Positions 52,946 through 64,000 of a stretch of 64,000 nt of DNA are shown here, piece after piece. The stretch is taken from NCBI GenBank assembly GCA_951406725.2, contig OX597835.1:10602001-10666000 (forward strand), written 5' to 3'. Origin of the DNA: Octopus vulgaris. Taxonomy: Eukaryota. The position numbers and the translations under genes are program-made. The notes under the pieces were generated by a model that was not told the origin of the DNA, ran no database searches, and worked only from the letters and a program-made list of their open reading frames with translations. Every line of letters begins with the position of its first letter. The first letter of the stretch is position 1.

Positions 52946-54823
52946 TATTCAATTAATCATCCATTTAACTAGTGGATTGCTTGATTAATTGTGTGGTCAA
53001 TCAATTTGTTTGGTTTGTCCGAGTCCTTTTGTCACCATTCGCTACCTCATCGATGACATACTCTCATTACTCCACGTCTGCCTGTTGTTGTTGTTATTGT
53101 TATTGTTGTTGTTGTTATTGAGTTGTTACCCCAGTCTCTATGGTACATAAACAGACAAACAAATATGATGCATCACATTCTGATGTAGAATGGCTATACA
53201 TCACAACAGGCTAGTAATTCCTCCACTCTGTTTTCATGTACTGCATCCTCTCTTTTAGTATGTCAGGAAGGTTCTATTTATTTATCCATTTTTATTTTGA
53301 TGATGTGGGGTAAGTAGAGGCAAGTAATGGATGAGAGACGATAGATTTTTTTTTTTTATCATTTATTTGGAAGAACTTTACAACCCAGCCAAGAATTTTG
53401 GGCACAGAGGTAGAATATTAGCACCAGAATCTAGTTTGGTGTTTATCTGGAAATTTAGTATTTGAACCAAGAGTAGAAAAGGCTGAAAGAAATTGGCTTT
53501 GGTGTGTGGGTGGGGGTGGGGGGTGCTTCTGGTTTGTCTAGGTGTTTGTGGGCGACATTAAAGAAAATTGGAAATACAGTTGCAAGAACTTTGTATCTAC
53601 ATCTTCATGCACGTTCTGTCTACAAGTACTTCGCCTGTACATGGTAGTGCGTACTACGTCTATACATCACTGATGCTCTAAATCTACGTTTTGGTGCATT
53701 ATCTCTATAGGAATCAGTGCAATCCATCTCTACTCCATAATACATTTTGTGACTACATTTTAGCGGTTATATTCTCTTGCTATTAATTAAGCCTACATTT
53801 TATGGCAAGCTGCTATCATTGAGGTTTGTATGTGGGCTGGAAGAATAGAGATGAGTAGACAGACGTCGGTCCTTTTAACTCATATTGAAATGCGAGGCGA
53901 TTGTTGTTTTATGACACAGGAAGCATTAAATAAATAAATAAATAAATACATAAATACAAACAAATAAAACAAACACAGCCAATTGTTTTGTTTGTTTTTG
54001 TAGTTGTTTCTTAGCTGCAGCTTTCATGCAGTGTATAGAAATTAAACGAATGCAACAACTAATTAATATAGTCCATAAGAGGACAATTAAACTGATTTTG
54101 TAGTCTTTTGTGAAGCAATCTCTGCGGAAAGTGGAAGAAGAAACGAGTTAGAAGCTGTGGCAGCTGTTTATAAAAGCTCTCTACTCTGAGGTTGTCTTAC
54201 TACTTTCATTCTCCGTATTATTATTCTGATAATGGCTTATACAGGTTCTAAAAGAAAGCGTCTCGAATTGGCGTTGCCATTGTTGGCCAACCAAATAATT
54301 GGGATTCACTGGGGTGCTGTAATCAACCCTTTTTTTCACTTGTCTTTTCCTGGACAAATCAATTGGAGAAGAAACAGCCCTGTGAAGTCCCAATTTTTTG
54401 AGCCAGTTGTGTCCGCTTTGAACCTCAACAGTAGCTGCTAGGTGACCCTGTGCACCTTTAATAATCGGATCAACTTTCTGGGGCTCATTATCAATACTGT
54501 GGATATTGTTGTTTTTATCATGGCGAGTCTGGTCATCATTTTACACAGATTTATTCACCATGATGGTCAGCAGTCGGCTGCATGGCCTATTGTTGACCAT
54601 CCACAGTTTCATTTTTGTTTTTTAAATAAAACCACTTGTCTTTCCAAGAAGACATACTTGAAGAAAAAATTTTTTTTCTAATTTTATTTTGTCTTTTTTT
54701 TTTTGCCAGAACATGGATATTTATAGATTATTTTTGAAATTTTTTATGGAGGAGAAAAAAAAAAGCCCTAATATTTTTAAATTTTCATGGAATTTTGAAG
54801 AAATGTTCTAGCATAGATTATAC

Positions 54824-54857
<34 letters not shown>

Positions 54858-57586
54858 TTTTACTGTTTCCAGTCATTGGACTGTGGCCATGCTGGAGCAC
54901 AACCGCTAAAAGTTTTAGTTGTTCATATCAACCTTATTACTTATTTCAGTCAGATGTTTATTTTAACAATATCTGTTTGCTGAACTGCTATATTTAAATT
55001 TTGCTTCCTCCCATTTTTAAAGACAAAAAAAAAAAAAAAAATTCTAAAAAATAAAATATTCTTTGAAGGATGTCATCTTTTCAAAGACTCAAATGACAAT
55101 AACTTTTATTCCTCAAAATTCTATTTTTTTTTTTTTACAACAAGCTTATGTTTTTTTTTCTTTCTTTCTTTTCTGTTTTCATTTTGTGATTTGTGCAAGA
55201 AAAAGCAAAGTTGTCAAAATTCCATTAGAATTCAATCTGATTCCATCATCGAGGTGAAAGTAATGAATGTAGTGAGGGAGGGAGAGAAAGAGGGATAGAA
55301 AAGGAGAGAGAAAGAGAGAGAGAGGGGGGAGAGGTTTTGAGTTGAGGTTTTGAAAATCAATTTATGCCAAGAATTATTGAAGTGAGTGACAAGAATGTGG
55401 TAACTAAGAAAGTTACTTGTCTGAGGTGTTAGAAAATAAGGTCAGAGAGGTGGGTGGTGGGAGGGAGGAATAGACTGAGGGAGAAAGAGGGAGGGATAGA
55501 CCAAGAGGGTGAGTGAGTGGGATTGAGAGAGAGAGAGAGAGAGAGGGAGGAAGGACAACCTTTCACCTTTCTTTCCTACACACTAACATCCTGACCCTTT
55601 CACAATAAAAAAAAATAAAATTATATTTAAAAAAAAATGAAAAGAATAAATAAAAAAAAATGTTCTTTGGGTGAAGCTGGACCAGATGGGGGAGTAGGAA
55701 GAGGAGGGAGAATAAGAGAGGTGTGTGAGGAAGGGTAATGTGTGTGGCTAGATTGTGTGTGTGTCTTAATATTAGTGTATGAGTTTGTTGTGTGTGTATG
55801 TGTGCGTGTTTGCGTGTGGAGGTATGTCTGTGTTTTAGTAGTTGTGTGCATGTGTGTGTGTGTGTATGTGTGTGTGTGTACAAAGTTTCAGTTGTGGGCC
55901 ACTCTCCCTTTGTCAGTGCTAGTCTCTGATATATACAAACATTTTGTAAGATCCCAGAAAATGTTTGGTCCCAGATGCAATGTGACCCCTACCCTACCCC
56001 CCACTTCGTAGGCCCTGTGTGTGTTTGCATGTATGTATGTTTGTGTGTTTCAGTATTAGAATGCTTCTATACTTTGGTATATTCCTGTGCATGTTTTAAT
56101 ATCATGTGTATGTATGTTTTTTGCAAATGTTTATGTGTGGGTTTTTCATGTGTGTGTGTCATTTTTGAATATTTTTAATTTGTGTGTGTGTGTGTGTGTG
56201 TATGGTTTAATATTGTATATATGTGTGTGTGTGTCTTGGTGTTTGCATCTTTGCATGTATATAGATCTGTGTATGGTTGTGTTTTAGTATTTGTATGATT
56301 GTGTATCTGTATATGAATTTATAGGTGTGTGTGTGTGTTTTTGCACATATATATATGTGTGTGTACGTGTATGAATTTATGTGTGTGAATGTGTGTGTTT
56401 TTGCAAATATATATATGTGCGTGTGTGTGTGTGTGCATATTTATGAATTAATGTGTGTGTGTTTTTCACATATATAAGTGTGAGTATATGTATGAATTTA
56501 TGTGTGACTGTGTGCGTTTGCACATATGTATATTTGTGTGCATGTATGAATATATATATGTGTGTGAGTGTGTGTGTGTTTGCGCATATATATGTGTGAG
56601 TGTTTGTGTTTTTGTAAATATATATGTGTGTGTGTATGTATGAATTAATATGTCTGAGTGTGTGTTTGCACATATGTATATGTGTGTGCATGTATGAATG
56701 TTTGTGCATATATATGTGTGTGAGTGTTTGTCTTTTTGTAAATATATATGTGTGTGTGTATGTATGAATTAATATGTCTGAGTGTGTGTTTGCACATATG
56801 TATATGTGTGTGCATGCATGTGTGTGTATGTGCATGTGTGAGTTTTTGCACATACATATGTGTGTACGTGTATGACTTTATCTCTGTGTGTGTGAGTGTG
56901 TGTGTCCTTTTGCACATATATTTGTGTGCGTTCATATATATGTATATATGTGTAAATGTGTGTAAATGTGTAAGAAGAGGGAGGAGGAGGAGGAGGAGGA
57001 GGTGAAATCACAGAATAAACTCTGAGATTCACATTTCGTTTTTCCGTTCTTGACATTAACAAGTAACTTGTAGAGAGTTTCAAAAAAAAAAAAAAAAAAA
57101 AATTAAAAAGCAACCCCCAAATCAAAGAAAAACAAAATAATATATCAAACAAAAAACAACAAATTTTAATGAAGATTTTTGTAATATGCAATGAACAAAC
57201 TGGAATGTTATTTAGATTTTAACGTATATTTTTGTTAATTAGCTATTTTTGTTTAGTTTTGTTTCGTCTTTTTTTTGTTTCTGTTAATATTTCATCTTTC
57301 CACCCTTCTCTTTCTTCCCCTCCTCTCTCTCTGCATCTCTTTGTGCCACACTCTCTCACACACACACACACACATTCACACATGTACACATGCACATATT
57401 TTCACTCATAGATGCAAAATTTATTTTTTTATTATTAAAGAAGAATGCGTCTGAAAACATTTTTAATTGTTTCCCCATATCATGGATAAAAACATAAAAA
57501 TTGATTTAATTTTAGCATTAGAAAACAATCAGTTTCACCAAATAATAGAAAAAAAAATTTACACAATTTAATTTTTTTTTTGCAAA

Positions 57587-57638
<52 letters not shown>

Positions 57639-57795
57639 ATTTTTCTTTTCAATTTCTATTCAATGGGACAATTGTATGACATGGTGTGTTCCTTTCTCTT
57701 TTGATAAGCCTAATCTAGGAACATTTCAGACTATTTTTTTTTTTTTCTTTTCTAAAGGTATTTCCCATGTAGTTTTTATAAAGAAGAATTAGTGA

Positions 57796-59460
57796 TCAGA
57801 ACTTTGCTGTGACTTTCCGACATAAAATGATGTGTATGAAAGCTTTACGGAAATCCTCATTGAATATTGTGTAGAGTAATGGGTTTAGGGTTGAATTGAC
57901 GTAACCGAGCCAAATGATAAAAGATTGCAAATGTGGATTGATTCCACAGTTTGAGCAGAAACTACGAATTACATACATAAAGGTGAACGGCATCCAACAG
58001 AGGCAGAAAATGGCCATGATAAGTGCCATTCTCTTAGTTGCTCGCTGTTCTCGCTGCTCAAATCGACGTTTGACATTGGCATTCATCAGCGCCGGCTTTG
58101 TCGACTTTTCCGGCATTTTCTGTAGAGTGTGAACCCTGTGTTTTCCCTTGCGGGACTTAGAATCATTCTTTGAGAACTCACTAATGATGTTGATGGCTCT
58201 CTGGCGCATGGTCTTGGAAGCTTTAGCATTGGCCGATTCCTCGGATTTCTCCAGTGCTGCTTTCGAATCTGCTGCAGGCGCTGCAGCGGTGCAGTTTTCC
58301 TTCTCCGAGTCGCTGTGGGAAGTCGATGTGACCATGAGCAGCTCTCTTTCCGAGTCGGTTGTCTCTGGTGCACACTTCAGAAGCTGACCTTCCAGTTTGG
58401 CATTACTTGTCGTATCACTCTCTGACGACATCACCAAAGTCGCAGTTTTATCTGCGTGGTCATCATCGGTCAAAGCAGATTCATCAGTTTCAATGGACAA
58501 CAACTGACTGCTCTGACGGTTGTCAGTCGGCCACATGTTGCCATTGGTCGTCTGTTTCTCCAATGGATGCATTTCAAACGTTTCTTCTGTTTTCGGTGAA
58601 GACACGGTAGATTTCTCTTTTGAGTTTTTGAACTGGGTCTGGCCCTGGATTTTTGCTTGTCGTGCCTTTGACCGTTTTCGTAGTTCCATAAAAATACGCA
58701 CATAAATGAAAAACATCAAAAACATTGGTATTATAAAAGAACCAAATGCTGAGTAGAGTACAAAACTCTGTGTCATGAACAAGATACAGTCGTGAGCTTT
58801 GATTAAGGTATTGAACTGGAAAAATGTTGTTAGCATATGGCGCCAGCCGATGAAAGGTGCAATTGAGATTACAATAGAAAAGAGCCAAACAGTTATGATG
58901 TAAAATATGGCTCGCTTTGAAGTGTCTTGTGTTTGGTACCATATCGGGTAAACAGTGGCTGTGTATCTATCGACAGCAATTGTACACAGTCCCCAAATAG
59001 AAGCAGTACAATACAAAACATCTATGCACAACCATAACATGCAAGTAATGTTTCCAAACACCCAGTAGCCGAGGACATCGTAGCTTGCTGAGATTGGAAG
59101 TACTGTGACAGATAACAAGAAGTCACTTATCGCTAGATTACCTATCAAGCAGTTCGATAAAGTTCTTAATCCTTTGTATTTGTACAAAGCTAGAAGCACC
59201 ATGAAATTGCCGAATATTGTCAGCACTATTATAAATCCCAGAATTATCGCTACAGCTAAAAAAACAACAAAGGAATCGTAACGAGTTGAACAGATTGGTT
59301 CCAGCAGAAGCCATCCTGTTGTATTAACACCACATGGATTAGATTTATTGAGCCATTCACTGTCATTGAAATTCTGTTCTATCTCTTTCAATTTCGAGTC
59401 ATTCGGTACCTTCACATCGGCAAACAAGTCGTCTTTGCTTAAGAATTTTGAAGAATTCAT
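57796..59460 (-). CDS. Aminergic class A GPCR, tyramine/octopamine receptor-like, 554 aa, intronless CDS
   Basis: Seven hydrophobic helices; GN (TM1), NLAISD (TM2), D3.32 in WLCIDVLYCTAS and DRY (TM3), W4.50, YSAFGSFIIP with S5.42/S5.46 (TM5), CWMPF (TM6), WLGYVNS.LNPLLY (TM7); N-terminal N-glycosylation sequons (NSS, NDS, NDS, NKS, NTT); long third intracellular loop, short C-tail with a Cys. Confidence 0.96.
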   Translation of the reverse strand: MNSSKFLSKDDLFADVKVPNDSKLKEIEQNFNDSEWLNKSNPCGVNTTGWLLLEPICSTRYDSFVVFLAVAIILGFIIVLTIFGNFMVLLALYKYKGLRTLSNCLIGNLAISDFLLSVTVLPISASYDVLGYWVFGNITCMLWLCIDVLYCTASIWGLCTIAVDRYTATVYPIWYQTQDTSKRAIFYIITVWLFSIVISIAPFIGWRHMLTTFFQFNTLIKAHDCILFMTQSFVLYSAFGSFIIPMFLMFFIYVRIFMELRKRSKARQAKIQGQTQFKNSKEKSTVSSPKTEETFEMHPLEKQTTNGNMWPTDNRQSSQLLSIETDESALTDDDHADKTATLVMSSESDTTSNAKLEGQLLKCAPETTDSERELLMVTSTSHSDSEKENCTAAAPAADSKAALEKSEESANAKASKTMRQRAINIISEFSKNDSKSRKGKHRVHTLQKMPEKSTKPALMNANVKRRFEQREQRATKRMALIMAIFCLCWMPFTFMYVIRSFCSNCGINPHLQSFIIWLGYVNSTLNPLLYTIFNEDFRKAFIHIILCRKVTAKF

Positions 59461-59634
59461 TTTAGCGTCCCTGTCGATTTAAAGCTGTATAAAATTTTTT
59501 AATGCATGTTTTTTTTTTACCTTGTGTTTTTTAAAAACATATTGCAGCTAATTCTGTCTTCTCATTCTCTCATTTCTCTTCCTCATCAATACATCGGTAA
59601 ATGTTCACTCGTAGGATTGTATTCCAGCTGAAAT

Positions 59635-59647
59635 AATAATAAAAAAA

Positions 59648-59723
<76 letters not shown>

Positions 59724-59824
59724 TAATAATAATAATGATGATAATAATAATAATAATGATAATAATAATGATGATAATAATAATTATAATAATAATAATA
59801 ATAATAATGATGATAATAATAATT

Positions 59825-59855
<31 letters not shown>

Positions 59856-60100
59856 TAATAATGATAATGATAATAATAATTATAATAATAATAATAATAA
59901 TAATGATAATAAAAATGATGATAATAATAATTATAATAATAATAATAATGATAATAATGATAATGATAATAATAATAATGATAATAATAATAATAATAAT
60001 GATAATAATAATAATAATTATAATAATAATGATAATAATAATAATAATGATGATAATAATAATAATAATAATAATGATAATAATAATGATGATAATAATA
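59635..60100. repeat. ~465-bp (AAT/GAT)n microsatellite upstream of the GPCR start codon
   Basis: Direct reading. Confidence 0.95.
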
Positions 60101-61055
60101 ATCCTCTCTGCTATATGCACAAGGCCTGAAATTTGTGGGGAGGGGACTAGTCAATTATATCGACCCCAATGTTTCACTGGTACTTAATTTATGGACCCCG
60201 AAAAGATGAAAGGATAAGTCGACCTTGGCGGAATTTGAACTCAGAACATAACAACGGGCGAAATACCGCTAAGCATGTTGTCTGGTGCGCTAACGATCCT
60301 GCCAGCTCGCTGCCTTCGTTAATTATGATAATGATATTAACAGCAACAATCCTTTCTAATATGGTCAGCATAAACCCTGAAAGTTTGGGGAGGGCACTGA
60401 TCAATTACATTGACCCCTCAGTGCATGACTGGTACTTATTTCAGCGACTCGTAAAGGATGCAAAGCAAAGCCGACTTTGGTGGCATTTGAACTTGGGAAC
60501 ATAAGGCCAGAAGAAATTCTGTGAATCATTTTGTCCAGCTTGCTAATGATTCTGCCAGCTCACCATCTTAACAACAACAACAACAACAACAACAATTATT
60601 ATTATTATAATGATAATAATGACAATTCTTTCTACTATTGGCACAAGGCCAACAGTACTGGGGGAGGGGGTGGGAGTGAGTCAATTACATCGACCCCAGT
60701 ATGGAACTGGTACTTATTCTATTGACTCTGAGAGGACGAAAGGCAAAGTTGGCCTTGGCGGAATTTGAATCCAGAAAGTAAAACTGGAAGAAATGCCACT
60801 TAGCATTTTGTCCAACGATAGTTTCAGATTTTGGTGCAAGGCCAAGAATTTTAGGGGGAGGCTGCTAACTTGGTTACATTGACACTCCCCCCCACACACA
60901 CTGCCGCTCCCAGGACATGATTAGTCCCTTATGTTGTTCATCGGCAGAAGGATGAAAGACAAAGTTGCCCTTGATGGGATTTGAACCGGGAACGTAAACG
61001 CTTGGAAGAAATACAGCGAGGCATTTCGTTTGATGCTCTAACGCTTCTGCCATCT
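60101..61055 (-). mobile_element. Head-to-tail chain of four family A SINEs
   Basis: Units at about 60101-60318, 60350-60570, 60628-60815 and 60825-61055, each with the B box and Deu/Nin-like domain on the minus strand. Confidence 0.8.
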
Positions 61056-61383
61056 TATAGGTATAACGTAATGAAAATACAACCACAGCATCAACATCAC
61101 CATCATCACCATCATCAACATCATCATCATCACCATCAACATCGTTGTAGTCATCATCATCATCATCATCATCATTAACAACATCATCACCATCACCATC
61201 ATCATCATCATCATCATCAGCATCATCATCATTAACAACATCATCACCATCTTCATCATCATCATCATCATCATCAACATCATCATCATCACCATCAACA
61301 TCGTTGTAGTCATCATCATCATCATCATCATTAACAAAATCATCACCTTCATCATCATCACCATCACCATCACCATCATAAAC

Positions 61384-61414
<31 letters not shown>

Positions 61415-61549
61415 ACGTGGTGGTGTAAAACCAGATAGACTATAACAGCAAACGTCAGAACTAACTGCAGCCACAGTATTACATGGCGGAATGTGGTAAT
61501 GCTATTAGATCACATGGAAATAATAATAATAACAACAATAATAATAATG

Positions 61550-61586
<37 letters not shown>

Positions 61587-61694
61587 CAACAACAACAATG
61601 CTATCTGGTATTTATAAGCTTTTGTTCCCATCCACTGAACTTGTTTATATACAAGGACAGAATTCTGTGTTCCTAGGTTTATTTCTGGAATTCA

Positions 61695-62160
61695 GTGTGT
61701 GTGTATGTGTCTGTGTATGTGTGTGTGTGTGTGTGCTTGGGTGTGTTTATGCACTTGGACAAGTGTGTGTGTGTGTGTGTGTGCTTGGACGTGTGTTTGT
61801 GTGTGGTTGTGTTAATGTGTGAATGTGTATGCACTTGTGGACATGTATGTGTCTGGACATGTATGAATGTGTATGTGTGTATGCATGCATTAATCTGTGT
61901 GTGTGTGTCTGGACATGTATACATGTATGCATGTGTGTGAGTGTGTTCATGTGCCTGGACATGTGTGTGTGTGTGTGTATGCTTGGACGTGTGTATGCAC
62001 TTGGACATGTGTGTGTGCTTGGACGTGTGTTTGTGTGTGGTTGTGTTAATGTGTGAGTGTGTATGCACTTGTGGACATGTATGTGTTTGGACATGTATGA
62101 ATGTGTATGTGTGTGTGTCTGGACATGTATGCATGTGTGTGAGTGTGTGCATGTACCTGG

Positions 62161-62192
<32 letters not shown>
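61695..62192. repeat. TG-rich higher-order repeat with ggacatgt motif
   Basis: Block cttggacgtgtgtttgtgtgtggttgtgttaatgtgtga...gcacttgtggacatgtatgtgt occurs twice (about 61784 and 62018). Confidence 0.8.
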
Positions 62193-62195
<3 letters not shown>

Positions 62196-62719
62196 GAATG
62201 TATTTTGTCAGAACAATTCATATTATAATGTTGTTTGAACCAAAACAAAATTCGCCATCCTTTCACCTCTCTTTTGACAACAATAACAACTAAAACAAGA
62301 AAAAAAAAAAAGAAAGGAAAGAGCAAGCAAGACAAAAACGAAGATTGTAACGAGGAAATTAAATTTATTTGAGTTTCCTCGTTAGTTTGAAAACGACGGT
62401 AAAAAAGAAAATTATTAAAATATATAAAAGAAAAGCCTAATGTTTGGGTGTCTGGGGAGAGAGAGAGAGAGAGAGAGGAAGAGAGAGAGAAAGAGAGAAA
62501 GAGAGAAGTGGTTGAGAGAAAGGAGATAGGGGGAAGAGCGAAAGTGTGTGTGTATTGTGTGTAATATACATTTATAAGTCATGGTGGTGCTCCAGCATGG
62601 CCTTAGATGTACGTCTAGAATTATTTGTAAAAGAGAACAAGAGACTGTGAACAAGTTAGACAGATGGAGAGTTATATCATGGAGAGCAAAAGAGGAGCCG
62701 ATGGACATTTAATTAGAGG

Positions 62720-63174
62720 AAGAGGTAGACAGACGGACAGATAGGCAGACAGATAGGCAGACAGTCAGATAGACAGACAATCAGACAGACAGATAGATAG
62801 ATAGATAAATAGATAGATAGACAGATAGACAGACAAATAGACAGACAGACAGATAGACAGACAGACAGATAGATAGACAGACAGACAGTCAGATAGACAG
62901 GCAGACAGACAGACAGGCAGGCAGATAGACAGACAGACAGATAGACAGACAGACAGTCAGATAGACAGACAGACAATCAGATAGACAGACAGATAGACAA
63001 ACAGTTTGACAGATAGACAGACAGTTAGGCAGACAGATAGACAGTCAGATAGACAGACAGACAGTCAGACAGACAGGCAGGCAGATAGACAGACAAATAG
63101 ACAAACAGATAGATAGATAGACAGACAGATAGACAGATACACCGACAAATAGACAGACAGATCAACAGATAGAC

Positions 63175-63209
<35 letters not shown>

Positions 63210-63440
63210 GACAGGGATGGATGGATGGATGGATGGATAAATGGAGAGATAGATAGACTGACATATATATATATATGTGTGTATGTATGTATGTATATAT
63301 ATGTATATTTATATATATGATAGACAGATAGATAGAGTGGTAGATAAATAAATAGACATCGATAGACTGACCGATACATGGATAGACAGACAGACTCAGA
63401 CAGACAGGAATGGATAGAGAGATAGATAAATAGATGGGTG
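62720..63440. repeat. (GACA/GATA/GGAT)n tetranucleotide array
   Basis: Direct reading. Confidence 0.95.
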
Positions 63441-63915
63441 GAGCATTAGATATGGTTGGACAGAGAGATAAACAGGAAGAGAGGGAGTCGATGGTGGTGG
63501 TGCGAGATTTTCTCGTTATATGAAAATGTTAATTCAGGAACATTTTAATTTTGATGTAATAAACTTTGTTCATATGTGTCTTTGATATTTTTCTCTCTAC
63601 TTTTGCTGTTTTTGTTTTTACTTATTTTTGAAAAATTATATTTTATTTTTAATTATTCTTGTACGTTCTTCCAACCTAATGGATGTTTTGTATGAAATAC
63701 ACACGTGTGTGTGTGTGTGCATGCGTGTGTGTGTGCATGCGTGTGTTTATGTGTGTGTGTTTAGTGAAACTGCATCATCATCATCATCATCATTATCATG
63801 TTTATCATCATCACCATCACTATCATCGTCATTATGATCATCACCACCATCACCATCACCATCATCACTGTCATCAACTTCATTCAGCACCACCAATATA
63901 ATAATAATAATAATA

Positions 63916-63951
<36 letters not shown>

Positions 63952-64000
63952 CATTATCACCATCTCCACTACTACCATGACTACCACCACAATCATCATC

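Noticed and set aside
57914-58942. Short ORFs overlapping the GPCR
   Set aside because: Antisense or alternate-frame shadows of a real CDS with no independent signal.
59570-60187. Poly-Tyr/His and poly-Ile ORFs
   Set aside because: Frames of the (AAT/GAT)n microsatellite joined to a SINE end.

Overview
AT-rich, microsatellite-saturated animal genomic DNA. The repeat landscape (long (TA)n/(CA)n/(AAT)n/(CAT)n tracts, several tRNA-derived SINE families, RTE and Penelope relics) is typical of a coleoid cephalopod such as Octopus; this is inference, not proof. Only one convincing protein-coding gene is present: an intronless 554-aa aminergic class A GPCR (tyramine/octopamine-receptor-like) at 57796-59460 on the minus strand. 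Nearly all other listed ORFs are translations of simple repeats. The rest is a mosaic of SINEs (one family forms head-to-tail chains inside (AAT)n tracts), RTE, R4/Dong and Penelope fragments, two non-autonomous Helitrons, a DINE/HINE-like element, piggyBac- and hAT-type MITEs and minisatellites. The most unusual signals are minimal type I hammerhead ribozyme motifs inside TA/CA microsatellites (44675-44721, 28644-28686, weaker ones at 19125-19173 and 22913-22958), inverted SINE pairs that could form dsRNA, a local duplication preserving both empty and filled SINE sites, and a templated-insertion scar. I found no evidence for a multi-gene novel system. Repeat boundaries were read by eye and are approximate.
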